Shown one piece after another: positions 30,939-40,801 of a stretch of DNA of 64,000 bases. The DNA is from an uncultured Gammaproteobacteria bacterium (GTDB lineage: Bacteria; Patescibacteriota; Microgenomatia; Woykebacterales; RBG-16-39-9b). A program made the translations under genes and the position numbers. Every line of letters starts with the position of its first letter. The stretch's first letter is position 1. The DNA is taken from the NCBI GenBank assembly GCA_964367355.1, contig CAYIWY010000001.1, positions 35,307 to 99,306 on the forward strand. Direction: 5' to 3'. The notes below the pieces were generated by a model. The model had not been told where the DNA came from. It worked only from the letters and a program-made list of their open reading frames with translations, and ran no database searches.

Positions 30939-31202
30939 TTACCCATCCTTTATCCCGATTCCTTTTAGATAATCGATCGCGTCCTGAACAGTGAAGATCC
31001 TTTCAGCAGCCTCAATTGCGATTTCAAAGGTCTTTCCGTCTTGGAGAGGGAACTCTTCTTCCACTGTCATTATGAGTTCAACCAGGTCAAGACTATCGGC
31101 GTTGAGGTCGTCAACGAATGATGCGCTGGGAACAACTTGGTCTTCTTCAACTCCAAGTTGGTCGACAACGATCTTGCGAACCCTTTCGAAAACTGTTGCC
31201 AT
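30939..31202 (-). CDS. acpP: acyl carrier protein
   Basis: [17 protein letters not shown], intact phosphopantetheine Ser; AGGAG RBS. Confidence 0.93.
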   Translation of the reverse strand: MATVFERVRKIVVDQLGVEEDQVVPSASFVDDLNADSLDLVELIMTVEEEFPLQDGKTFEIAIEAAERIFTVQDAIDYLKGIGIKDG

Positions 31203-31378
31203 AAATCTCTCCTAACTAAGTGGCTCTTTTCTTGGTTTGAATTTTAACACACCTAGCAAAATTTGATAACCTGTAGTAAAGGGCTGGCAATAAAAGATGT
31301 TTTCTGCTAGAATTGTCTACTAACTATGGCTAAAAAAGACTTAGATTTTCTTAAAGCGCAAGATTTTGGAGGAACGTA

Positions 31379-31516
31379 GTGACGAAAAAAGATTATCATG
31401 AGGTTTTAGGCGTTGCAAAAAGCGCCTCGGACGAAGAAATAGACTGCTCGTATTCTGTGCCTTTGATGATTACATCAAAGCCGAATACTGTGCATTCTGC
31501 AAACACTTTGTGTTAG
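31379..31516 (+). pseudogene. dnaJ 5' fragment
   Basis: VTKKDYHEVLGVAKSASDEEI then unrelated sequence and stop, just upstream of the intact dnaJ. Confidence 0.7.
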
Positions 31517-31528
31517 TAAAAAAAGCTT

Positions 31529-32623
31529 ATGAATAAAAGAGATTACTATGAAATTCTAAAAATTTCAAAAAATGCTTCTTCCGAGGAGATTAAGAAAGCG
31601 TACCGTAATTCAGCACGGAAGCATCATCCTGATGTGGATAAAACTTCCGGTGCGGAAGAGCGTTTTAAAGAAATTAACGAGGCTTATCAAGTACTTTCGG
31701 ATCCACAGAAAAAATCAGCTTACGATCAGTTTGGGCATAGTGCATTTTCTGGCGGTGGGGCTCCAGCTGGAAATGGTGGCTATTCTTACGGCGGGCAAGG
31801 TGTAAATGTTGATTTTGATTTTAGTAACTTCCGTGATCCGTTTGAAATTTTTAATGAGTTTTTTGGTGGGGCTTCTCCGTTTGGTGGCAGCACTCGTCGG
31901 GGTGGGCCAAAACGAGGGGAAGATCTTCATTACGAGATAACTATCCCCTTTGAGCAAGCTGCCTTTGGTGTTGAGAAAAAAATTGAAATACCACGCTATG
32001 AAACTTGTAGCGACTGTTCCGGTTCTGGTGCCGAGAGAGGTTCAAAAAAGACTACTTGTAGTACTTGTGCTGGTCACGGCCAAGTTCAGCAGGCAACCAA
32101 TTCAATTCTCGGACAAATTTTAACCAACCGTATTTGTCCTTCTTGTCACGGGGAGGGTGAAGTAGTTGAAAAGAAATGTCCAAAATGTAAGGGGAGTGGG
32201 CGAGTTAAAAACGTCAAGGAAACTGAAATCAAAATTCCAGCTGGAGTTGATGATGGCGATACCGTTCGTTTTGCCAATCTTGGTCAGGCTGGAGAAAAAT
32301 CCGGAAGTTATGGTGATCTTTATATAACAATTAGAGTTGCAGGGCATCGGGATTTTAAGCGAGCCGGTTACAATATTTATCTCGAACAATCAATTTCTTT
32401 TACTCAGGCAGCATTAGGCGATACAATCGAGGTTCCAACGTTAGATGGAACTGTTAAGTTAAAAATCCCTGAGGGGATTCAGTCCGGAACCGATATAAGA
32501 ATAAAAGAAAAAGGAATTAAACATGGAAATAATCGCGGCGACCAGTTTGTCAGAGTAAAAATAATTACCCCAACCAAACTATCCGGGAAACAAAAAGACC
32601 TTTTGAAAGAATTCGAAAGCTAA
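31529..32623 (+). CDS. dnaJ: chaperone DnaJ
   Basis: HPD J-domain, G/F region, four CxxCxGxG repeats. Confidence 0.97.
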   Translation: MNKRDYYEILKISKNASSEEIKKAYRNSARKHHPDVDKTSGAEERFKEINEAYQVLSDPQKKSAYDQFGHSAFSGGGAPAGNGGYSYGGQGVNVDFDFSNFRDPFEIFNEFFGGASPFGGSTRRGGPKRGEDLHYEITIPFEQAAFGVEKKIEIPRYETCSDCSGSGAERGSKKTTCSTCAGHGQVQQATNSILGQILTNRICPSCHGEGEVVEKKCPKCKGSGRVKNVKETEIKIPAGVDDGDTVRFANLGQAGEKSGSYGDLYITIRVAGHRDFKRAGYNIYLEQSISFTQAALGDTIEVPTLDGTVKLKIPEGIQSGTDIRIKEKGIKHGNNRGDQFVRVKIITPTKLSGKQKDLLKEFES

Positions 32624-32917
32624 TTTATTGGAAGTTAGATAAAGATAGGCAGGCCGTATCGAGAAGATCGATAGAGGGCCTGCTTTTGATTGGGACAGGA
32701 ACAGATGGGGTCGTCCAGTTAGGGGCGATCTGTTACTGTCTCGTTGATCGAACGGAGACTAGTTTTCAGTTAGATCAATTTTGGTCGCAGCGCTGGTGGT
32801 TGGTGTGAGTCCAGATATCTTCGGATTTCCGGCAAACCAAGCACCAGCGCCGCTTCTATAAGAGAGCAACATCTGCCCCCGAATAGCTGAAGCAAGAAAA
32901 ACTTGCGGATCTCTCTT

Positions 32918-32992
32918 TGGAGCGGAAGACAGGATTCGAACCTGTGACTTGCTGTTTACGAAACAGCTGCTCTACCACTGAGCTACTTCCGC
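32918..32992 (-). tRNA. tRNA-Thr(CGT)
   Basis: cloverleaf GCGGAAG...; anticodon loop TTCGTAA; GGTTCGAATCC; encoded CCA. Confidence 0.9.
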
Positions 32993-32994
32993 GT

Positions 32995-33070
32995 TGGCGA
33001 CTACGGAGGGATTCGAACCCACGATCCTACGCTGTCAACGTAGTGCTTTAAACCACTGAGCTACGTAGCC
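32995..33070 (-). tRNA. tRNA-Val(GAC)
   Basis: stem CTACG/CGTAG with loop TTGACAG; TTCGAAT T-loop; encoded CCA. Confidence 0.85.
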
Positions 33071-33100
33071 TTTACTCCGAAAATTCGGAGGAATCTCTTT

Positions 33101-33176
33101 TGGTGGGGCAGACAGGAGTCGAACCTATAACCTCTTGCACGCAGTGCAATTGCTCTCCCAATTGAGCTACCACCCC
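33101..33176 (-). tRNA. atypical tRNA-Ala(TGC)-like
   Basis: Ala-like body; loop ACTGCGT (C33), no G3:U70 pair; encoded CCA. Confidence 0.65.
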
Positions 33177-33216
33177 GACCTCTTCACAATCGCAGATTTT
33201 ATTGCTTGCTTGAAGT

Positions 33217-33966
33217 CTTGTCAAGATAGTCTTGACCAAGAAACCTTTTGGTGGTATAGTGCAAGAAAGTTTAATTAGATGGTTTTTAAAAAAAGACGGG
33301 TCTACTTAGTAAAACCCGTCTCGTGTGTTCAGCCACCACCGCGCTCAGATAGCTCAGCAGCAATTCTCTCCAACCTCTCTTGCTCCGGACACTCATGAAG
33401 CAAATATGCGATTCGAAGAACCCGCTCGGCTTCAATTTCGTCGCAGAGAAATTCAGCAAACAGGCATCCTAGAGGAGGCATCCTTTCGAATAGATGAGAA
33501 TCTGCAGCGAAGTACACCACTGCAATTTCCAGATCTTCAGCAGTTCTTAACCATCCTGAAAGAAGCCTTTTGATCTCGGTTCGATCAAGTTCAAGAATTC
33601 TCTTTAGGACGGTTTGTGACTCTTCCGGTAACTCACCTTCGACCATAAGCTCTAATTGCTCATAATCGAAAAGAGTGCCAATAAGACCACTCATCTGTGT
33701 TTGGTGAACAGTAAGTTTGTATCCCAGAACCCGGCTTTTCTTAAATTCGTTCTCGGCTAAAATTCTATCCTTTATACCGGGCATAGATCTCCTCCTTACT
33801 TAAGAACCTAAGTAAAGTAATTTTAACAGAGCATAAGGTAAAGTCAATACTATGGGGCTAAAATATATTGAAAATAGGTAAGGTGTGGTGATTCTAGCGA
33901 GCTACTTGTCAAGATAGTCTTGACCAAAAAACCTCTTGGTGGTATATTGCAGCTAAAGTTAATTAG
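33217..33966. repeat. ~60-bp direct repeat of the nusA promoter (33217-33278 and 33905-33966) flanking an inserted gene
   Basis: CTTGTCAAGATAGTCTTGACCAA..AAACCT.TTGGTGGTATA.TGCA...AAAGTT..ATTAG in both copies. Confidence 0.85.
33329..33784 (-). CDS. hypothetical protein
   Basis: 151 aa, AAGGAGGAG RBS. Confidence 0.7.
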   Translation of the reverse strand: MPGIKDRILAENEFKKSRVLGYKLTVHQTQMSGLIGTLFDYEQLELMVEGELPEESQTVLKRILELDRTEIKRLLSGWLRTAEDLEIAVVYFAADSHLFERMPPLGCLFAEFLCDEIEAERVLRIAYLLHECPEQERLERIAAELSERGGG

Positions 33967-33977
33967 CTTGGATTATT

Positions 33978-34003
33978 AAGTGGGAATAAAATCCCACTTT
34001 TTT
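33978..34003 (+). promoter_or_regulatory. rimP/nusA leader hairpin (attenuator-like)
   Basis: AAGTGGGA-ATAAAA-TCCCACTTTTTT upstream of nusA. Confidence 0.7.
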
Positions 34004-34083
34004 GATTCAGATCAAAAAAGCAGTCTTTGCGAAGCAAAGTATACTTTTTTGATTCCAAAGTTTATTTTTAGGAGGAATTTTAA

Positions 34084-35169
34084 ATGGCTTTAAGAACAGA
34101 ATTTGCAGCAGCATTAAATCAAGCAGCGGCCGAGCGTGGAGTTGAGGCCGCCGAAGTAATCGAAATTATTAAAGAAGCAATCAAAGCAGCTTACCGCAAA
34201 GATTACGGTGGGGAGCTCGAAGAACTTGAAGTTGAGCTTGATACCGAACAAGGTGGTGTCAAAGTTTCCAGAAATGGTGAGGATGTTACACCCGATGGTT
34301 TTGGACGAATTGCCGCCCAAACTGCCAAGCAGGTTCTATTGCAAAGAATTCGCGAAGCAGAAAAAGGTGCGATTCTAACTGAGTATGAGAAAAAAGTCGG
34401 AACAATTGTAAATGGAATGATCCAGAGACTAGAAGGTCCGAATGTGGTTGTTGATATTGGTAAAGCAGAAGGGATTATGCCGACTTCTGAAAAAATCCCA
34501 GGTGAGGATTTGCGCTTAAACCAAAGAGTTAAATTTTATATTGTCGGGATAAAAGAATCACAGCGCGGTCAAGACATAATTGTTTCCCGGGCTCACAAAG
34601 GCCTAGTTGAAGGTTTATTTAAACTTGAGGTTCCGGAAATCGGCTCAGGAATGGTGGAAATAAAAGGTATCGCCCGGGAAGCCGGAAGCCGCAGCAAAGT
34701 TGCTGTTTCTTCCCGTCAAGCTGGAGTCGATCCAGTGGGAAGTTGTGTTGGTCAAAAAGGGGTCAGAGTCCAAGCAGTAATTGCTGAACTTGGTAATGAG
34801 AAAATCGATATTATTCAATTCAGTGATGATCCAGCAAAATTTATTGCCACATCTCTTTCCCCGGCTCAAGTTGGTAAAGTTGCTCTCAATGAAGAAGAAA
34901 AAACAGCTCATGTTGAGGTTCCTGAGGATCAACTGTCGTTGGCGATTGGAAAAGATGGTCAAAATGTTCGACTAGCTGCAAAGTTAACTGGTTGGAGAAT
35001 TGATATTAAAGGAGCTGAAGGTTTGGGAAGTTTGAGGGATGAACCTGAGAAAGTAACAAAAAAAGTAGCGGTAAAGGAAAAGAAAACTAAAAAAGTAGTT
35101 GTAAAGAAAAAAACAACTAAGAAAACTATTAAAACCAAGAAAAAGAAATCTGCAGAAAAAGAAGATTAA
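34084..35169 (+). CDS. nusA: transcription factor NusA
   Basis: FGRIAAQTAKQV, AREAGSRSKVAV, LAIGKDGQNVRLAAKLTGWRIDI. Confidence 0.97.
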   Translation: MALRTEFAAALNQAAAERGVEAAEVIEIIKEAIKAAYRKDYGGELEELEVELDTEQGGVKVSRNGEDVTPDGFGRIAAQTAKQVLLQRIREAEKGAILTEYEKKVGTIVNGMIQRLEGPNVVVDIGKAEGIMPTSEKIPGEDLRLNQRVKFYIVGIKESQRGQDIIVSRAHKGLVEGLFKLEVPEIGSGMVEIKGIAREAGSRSKVAVSSRQAGVDPVGSCVGQKGVRVQAVIAELGNEKIDIIQFSDDPAKFIATSLSPAQVGKVALNEEEKTAHVEVPEDQLSLAIGKDGQNVRLAAKLTGWRIDIKGAEGLGSLRDEPEKVTKKVAVKEKKTKKVVVKKKTTKKTIKTKKKKSAEKED

Positions 35170-35196
35170 TAACCAATTTATTCTTGTGGAAAGATT

Positions 35197-36669
35197 TTGG
35201 CAGTGGAACACAAAATTAAAGATACAAAAGCAAATAGCCTTAAGCGAGCTCCAGTGGTTACGATCATGGGGCATGTTGATCATGGAAAAACAACCCTCCT
35301 AGATTACATCCGCAAAACCAAAGTTGCGCAGCGTGAACATGGTGGAATTACCCAACATATCAGTTCCTATCAAGTCGAAAGCGACGGTCAGAAAATAACC
35401 TTTATTGATACTCCAGGCCACGAGGCATTTTCAGCCATGAGGTCAAGAGGAGCTAATGTGACCGATATTGCCATATTGGTTGTTGCAGCTGATGACGGTG
35501 TGATGCCCCAAACCAAAGAATCAATCAGCCATATTAAAGCTGCGAAAACTCCAATGATTGTGGCAATAAATAAAATGGACTTACCCGGCGCAAATGTTGA
35601 CCGAGTTAAGAAAGGTTTAGCTGACAACAGCGTTTTAGTTGAAGGTTACGGGGGAGATGTAGTGGTTGTACCGGTTTCAGCAAAAACTGGTTCTGGAGTT
35701 GATGATTTGTTGGAAATGATAAAACTAGTTGCGGAGATTGCTGAGCTTAAAGATGAAAGCAAAAAGCCGTTTGAAGCAGTGGTGATCGAATCTTCCCTTG
35801 ATAAATTTAGAGGTCCAGTAGCAACTATTTTAGTTAAAAAAGGCAGTGTTAAAATTGGTGATTTTGTTAAAACCCCAACTATAAGTGGGAAAGTTAAAGC
35901 TTTGATTGCTAGTAGTGGTGAGCAAGTTAAAGAAGGCACAGTTTCGATGCCGGTTCAGATCTTGGGTTTGGAAAAAGTACCAGCGGTTGGGGATATTTTA
36001 AACCTTGGAGGTAAATCAGAGATTATTTTTCAGGAAAAAGAAATTACTAGAAAAACCGCTTTAGAAAAACTCGCAGAGCCAAAAACTACGGAAATTAATT
36101 TGGTCATTAAAGCCGATGTTGCTGGCTCACTCGAAGCAATTAGCGCAGCATTAGAAGCTTTGGGGGATAGTGAGCACAAAATTAATATAATCCAAAAGGA
36201 AACCGGGGAAGTGAGTGAATCAGATGTTCTACTAGCAGCTGCGACCAAAGCAATAATTATTGGCTTTAATGTCAAAGTTTCCAAAGCAGCTGAAAAACTT
36301 TCTGATGAAGAGAAAGTGATGATTAGAACTTTCAATATTATTTACCAACTTCTTGACGAACTCAAAGAGGGTTTGGAAATGTTGGTTAATGCTAAAAAAG
36401 AGCAGGTACTTGGAAAAGGAAATGTTATCCAAGTTTTTGATACTAGTTATGGTCGAGTGGCGGGTACAAAAGTTACTGAAGGTCGATTAAATAAAGGTGA
36501 TCGTATTAATCTGTATCGAGATGAGGAACAAATTATCTCAGCAAAAATAAAAACGATCAGGCATCTTCAAGAAGAAGTTAACACGGCCAAAGAGGGTTTG
36601 GAATGTGGGGTTTTGCTTGAAGGAAAAGCCGAGGTTGCAGTCGGTGATATAATTGTAGCGATCGCTTAG
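35197..36669 (+). CDS. infB: translation initiation factor IF-2 (short)
   Basis: [34 protein letters not shown]. Confidence 0.97.
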   Translation: MAVEHKIKDTKANSLKRAPVVTIMGHVDHGKTTLLDYIRKTKVAQREHGGITQHISSYQVESDGQKITFIDTPGHEAFSAMRSRGANVTDIAILVVAADDGVMPQTKESISHIKAAKTPMIVAINKMDLPGANVDRVKKGLADNSVLVEGYGGDVVVVPVSAKTGSGVDDLLEMIKLVAEIAELKDESKKPFEAVVIESSLDKFRGPVATILVKKGSVKIGDFVKTPTISGKVKALIASSGEQVKEGTVSMPVQILGLEKVPAVGDILNLGGKSEIIFQEKEITRKTALEKLAEPKTTEINLVIKADVAGSLEAISAALEALGDSEHKINIIQKETGEVSESDVLLAAATKAIIIGFNVKVSKAAEKLSDEEKVMIRTFNIIYQLLDELKEGLEMLVNAKKEQVLGKGNVIQVFDTSYGRVAGTKVTEGRLNKGDRINLYRDEEQIISAKIKTIRHLQEEVNTAKEGLECGVLLEGKAEVAVGDIIVAIA

Positions 36670-36705
36670 ATCTATGGGTCTAAATGGTTTAAATTAATTA
36701 AGTTT

Positions 36706-37530
36706 ATGCAAGTTAACGTTATAAGTTACTCGTTAAAAGAATTGTTTGAAAAAGCCAAGAATGTTTTGGTTGTTCTGGGAAGTGATGTTAACGAAGACAG
36801 TGGGTCATTGGCTGCGAGTTTGGTCGAAATTTTTTCAGGGTATAGCAAGAATGTTGAGCTTTTGACAAGAGAGGAAATACCCTTGGCTGCTCGCCCGTTA
36901 GTTAAAAGTGAGCAGGTCAAAACCAAAGTTGAGCCAAAAAGTTTAGTTATTAGTTTTGACTGGACCAAAACAGCGCTTGATAAGGTAAGTTATAATCTCG
37001 AAGGCGATAAGTTCAACTTAATAATTCGATCAAAATCAGGAAAACTAGATGCAAAAGATGCTAGCTTTTCTTATAAAGGCAGTGATTGGGATTTAATCGT
37101 AACGGTTGGAATAAAGGACATTAGCGAGTTGGTAAATTTAGGATTTGAGCAAGATAATTTCAATCGTAGTGCCAGTATTAATTTTGATAAAAGTGAAGCC
37201 AACACAAATTTTGCCAAGCTAAATATTGTCAATCCGGAAGCCGAAAGTCTTTGCGGTCTGGCTGTAAGTACCTTTAAAGACTCAGGTATTAAATTACCAA
37301 CCCGGGCGGCGGAAACTATGCTTTTCGGAATTAGGGCTGCAACAAACAACTTTACTTCAGTTTCTGACCCGCAGATTTTTGAAGCAGCTGCTTACTGCAA
37401 GCGTTCAATGATACCGGGGATGGTTACTGAAAACATTGAAATAAAGACTGAAAAAAACGAAAATCAAGAAAAAGACACCCCGGAAGCTTGGCTGTCACCA
37501 AAAATTTTCCGAAGTAACCGAGTGTCCTAA
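36706..37530 (+). CDS. degenerate DHH-family phosphoesterase-like protein
   Basis: position after infB; DLIVTVG, INFDKSEANTNF, GIRAATNNF resemble the DHH fold with catalytic residues lost. Confidence 0.6.
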   Translation: MQVNVISYSLKELFEKAKNVLVVLGSDVNEDSGSLAASLVEIFSGYSKNVELLTREEIPLAARPLVKSEQVKTKVEPKSLVISFDWTKTALDKVSYNLEGDKFNLIIRSKSGKLDAKDASFSYKGSDWDLIVTVGIKDISELVNLGFEQDNFNRSASINFDKSEANTNFAKLNIVNPEAESLCGLAVSTFKDSGIKLPTRAAETMLFGIRAATNNFTSVSDPQIFEAAAYCKRSMIPGMVTENIEIKTEKNENQEKDTPEAWLSPKIFRSNRVS

Positions 37531-37658
37531 ATTAATACCGGTTGCCAATTGAACCTAAAACCTGCTATAATCCCGTTAGGGGAAATATCGCACTTGTTTC
37601 GCAGAAGCGATATAATTAAATTGAGAAGAAATCTGCCAACTGAAAAAGTATTAAATAT

Positions 37659-37928
37659 ATGTCATTAGTAAAAGAGGATAAGCAAAAAATATTGGTTGAC
37701 TTTGCGCAGCACGATGGGGATACTGGTTCACCAGAAGTGCAGATTGCTTTGTTGACCGAAAGAATCAAAAGGCTAACAGAACATCTTAAAGCACATAAGC
37801 AAGATGTTCACTCTCGTCGTGGTTTGCTGCAAATGGTAAACAAACGTCGCCGAATCTTGCTCTATCTAACCAGAAAAGACCCAGACCGTTACAAACAAAT
37901 TGTAGAAAAACTTGGTCTGAGCAAGTAA
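37659..37928 (+). CDS. rpsO: 30S ribosomal protein S15
   Basis: [20 protein letters not shown]. Confidence 0.97.
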   Translation: MSLVKEDKQKILVDFAQHDGDTGSPEVQIALLTERIKRLTEHLKAHKQDVHSRRGLLQMVNKRRRILLYLTRKDPDRYKQIVEKLGLSK

Positions 37929-38058
37929 ATTATTACGTAAATTAAAAATTAAAGGAGTAAACAGGTAAGTTCTAGTAGCCGATGTAACCAAGAAAGCTTC
38001 TAGCTTTGAATTTTTTTTGGTCACGTTGGTTTCTAGATTTCCCCTAAAACAAAAATAA

Positions 38059-40152
38059 ATGACAAGAGAACAAAAAAATGCCCAAACCCCTATTAAAAAG
38101 GCCATAAATTGGGGTGGCCGTGAACTTAGTTTTGAAACTGGTCGAGTTGAGACTCAAGCTGACGCTACTATTTTAGCTCAGTACGGTGAAACTGTGATTT
38201 TGGCTACAGTTGGACATGCAATCGCTAGCGAAGACCTCGGTTATTTCCCTCTTTCTGTCGAATTTGAGGAAAAAATGTATGCTGCTGGAAGAATTTCTGG
38301 CTCTAGGTTTATTAAACGCGATGGCCGACCAACCGAATCAGCGATATTAGCCGGTCGTTTGATTGATCGTTCAATTCGTCCCCTTTTCCCTAAAGATTAT
38401 TTTAACCAAGTTCAAGTAATTGTCACTGTACTTTCCTATGACACTGAAAATGATCCGGATAACTTGGGTTTAATTGCGGCCAGTATGGCACTGCATGCTT
38501 CAAGTGTACCGTGGAATGGGCCAGTGGCTTCGGCTCAAGTTGGTTTAATAAACGGTGAATTTATTCTCAACCCAACAAAAACTCAGTTAGAGGAAACAGA
38601 ACTAGAAATTTTGGTAACTTTCAATAAAGACAAAACTGTCATGATCGAAGCTGAAGCCAAAGAAGTTCCCGAAAAAATTGTTAAAGAAGCAATCGATTTT
38701 GCTAGGAAATCAGTTGAGCCAGTCTTTAAGTTAATTGAAGACATGTACAAAGAAATGGGTAAGCCTAATCATGATTATGTGGCCAAAGAAATTAACCAAG
38801 ACATTAAAAAAGAAATCGTTGAACACGTTAAAGAAAACTTCAAAGAAGCTCTTTTCAATCCAGAAAGAGCCGCTCGTGAAACTGCTGCTAAGGAATTGAA
38901 AGAAAAAATTTATGTCGATTACGAAGGTAAGCTTTCCAAAGATATTATGGGTGAAATATTTGAAGAAACTGTCAAAAAAATGGTTCGAAAAGCCATTATT
39001 GATGACGGAAAGCGACCGGATGGACGAAAAACAGATGAAGTAAGAAAGATTGATATTGAAGTTGGGTTACTACCAAGAACTCACGGGTCAGCACTTTTCA
39101 AACGAGGGGAAACTCATGTTTTGACAACTGCTACTTTGGGTTCAACTTCCCTTGAACAACTAATCGACACAATGGAAGGTGAGGATACAAAAAGATTTAT
39201 GCATCATTACTACTTCCCACCGTATTCAACCGGGGAGGTTCGTCGAATGGGAATGGCGGGAAGACGTGAAATTGGTCATGGAGCACTCGCTGAAAAAGCA
39301 CTAGTAAATGTAATACCACCGACTGATAAGTTCCCTTACACAGTTCGACTTGTTTCTGAATGTTTAAGTTCCTCAGGTTCAACTTCAATGGCATCAACTT
39401 GTGGTTCAACTTTGGCTTTGATGGACGCTGGAGTTCCAATTACAGCCCCAGTTTCTGGAATTGCTATGGGACTTGTAACCGAAGGTGCTAAATTCAAAGT
39501 GTTGACCGATATCCAAGCCCTTGAAGATTTCTATGGCGATATGGATTTCAAAATTGCCGGGACAGAAAAAGGAATTACTGCAATCCAACTTGATGTTAAA
39601 ATCGATGGTTTATCAGCGGAAATTATCGATCAAACATTTAAAGATGGTAAGGTTGCCCGAGATTATATTCTCGACAAAATGTTAGCAACTATACCTAAGG
39701 TTCGGGAAGATATGTCAAAATACGCACCAAGAGTGAGTGTCATGCATATTTCCCCAAAGAAAATTGGAGCAGTTATTGGAACTGGTGGAAAGACAATTAA
39801 TAAAATTATTGAAGATACTGGGGTTGAAATTGATATTGATGACGACGGAACGGTGATGATTTCTGGGACGGACCCTGTTGGTGCAGAGAAAGCAATGGAA
39901 ATTATTGAAGGTTTGACTCACGAGGTTAAACCAGGGGAAGAGTATATGAGTACGGTTAAAAAGATTATGCCGTTTGGAGCTTTTGTCGAAATTTTGCCTG
40001 GGGTTGAAGGTTTGGTACACATCTCAAGTATTGCTAAGTATCGGGTCGAAGATATCAATAAAGAAGTAAAACTGGGTGATAAATTCAAAGTTACTGTCAA
40101 AGAAATTGACGACAAAGGTCGGGTAAATTTAATCCGTAAGTTTGAAGATTAA
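38059..40152 (+). CDS. pnp: polyribonucleotide nucleotidyltransferase
   Basis: RLIDRSIRPLFP, RREIGHGALAE, GDMDFKIAGT, KH and S1 domains. Confidence 0.97.
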   Translation: MTREQKNAQTPIKKAINWGGRELSFETGRVETQADATILAQYGETVILATVGHAIASEDLGYFPLSVEFEEKMYAAGRISGSRFIKRDGRPTESAILAGRLIDRSIRPLFPKDYFNQVQVIVTVLSYDTENDPDNLGLIAASMALHASSVPWNGPVASAQVGLINGEFILNPTKTQLEETELEILVTFNKDKTVMIEAEAKEVPEKIVKEAIDFARKSVEPVFKLIEDMYKEMGKPNHDYVAKEINQDIKKEIVEHVKENFKEALFNPERAARETAAKELKEKIYVDYEGKLSKDIMGEIFEETVKKMVRKAIIDDGKRPDGRKTDEVRKIDIEVGLLPRTHGSALFKRGETHVLTTATLGSTSLEQLIDTMEGEDTKRFMHHYYFPPYSTGEVRRMGMAGRREIGHGALAEKALVNVIPPTDKFPYTVRLVSECLSSSGSTSMASTCGSTLALMDAGVPITAPVSGIAMGLVTEGAKFKVLTDIQALEDFYGDMDFKIAGTEKGITAIQLDVKIDGLSAEIIDQTFKDGKVARDYILDKMLATIPKVREDMSKYAPRVSVMHISPKKIGAVIGTGGKTINKIIEDTGVEIDIDDDGTVMISGTDPVGAEKAMEIIEGLTHEVKPGEEYMSTVKKIMPFGAFVEILPGVEGLVHISSIAKYRVEDINKEVKLGDKFKVTVKEIDDKGRVNLIRKFED

Positions 40153-40171
40153 AAATTAAGAAGCTATCGAA

Positions 40172-40798
40172 ATGGATAACAAGGCTTTACTTGAGGGTTT
40201 AGCTCTGAAAATCCGAACTTGTAATTTGTGTCCTTTGTATAAAGGTACAACTAACGCCGTACCAGGTGAGGGTGATCCAAACGCAAAGTTATTTTTTATC
40301 GGCGAAGGTCCGGGTTATTACGAAGATCAGTCTGGCCGACCATTTGTTGGTCGGGCTGGGAAATTACTGGAGCAAACACTAAACAAAGTTGGGTTAAAAC
40401 GAGAAGAGGTTTTTATTGGTAATGTCGTTAAGCACCGACCAGTGGAGAACCGTGATCCATTGCCAGCAGAAATACTAGCTTGTAAAGGTTGGTTGGAGCA
40501 ACAATTGGCAATTATTAGACCAAAAGTAGTCGTAACGTTAGGAAGATTTTCAATGGCCCATTTTTTAAAGAACGTAACGATTTCCCAAGTCCATGGTCAA
40601 CCACGAAAGGTTGCTGACTATATTGTCCTTCCGATGTATCACCCAGCCGCAGCTTTAAGAGGAAATACTATGCTAGCTGCTTTCGAAACTGACTTTTTAA
40701 AAAACAAAGAATTATTAGACAATCCCGAAGCTTTTTTAGAAAAATTTTCAGATTCAGAAAAGGAAGATTCTTCAGATCAAGTTAAACTTTTTAATTAA
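40172..40798 (+). CDS. uracil-DNA glycosylase family 4
   Basis: CxxC, GEGPG, GRPFVGRAG, YHPAA. Confidence 0.93.
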   Translation: MDNKALLEGLALKIRTCNLCPLYKGTTNAVPGEGDPNAKLFFIGEGPGYYEDQSGRPFVGRAGKLLEQTLNKVGLKREEVFIGNVVKHRPVENRDPLPAEILACKGWLEQQLAIIRPKVVVTLGRFSMAHFLKNVTISQVHGQPRKVADYIVLPMYHPAAALRGNTMLAAFETDFLKNKELLDNPEAFLEKFSDSEKEDSSDQVKLFN

Positions 40799-40801
40799 AA
40801 T

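Noticed and set aside
31284-31310. Second CIRCE upstream of dnaJ (CTGGCAATA-N9-TTCTGCTAG)
   Set aside because: Correct spacing but only about half the consensus bases match; too weak to call
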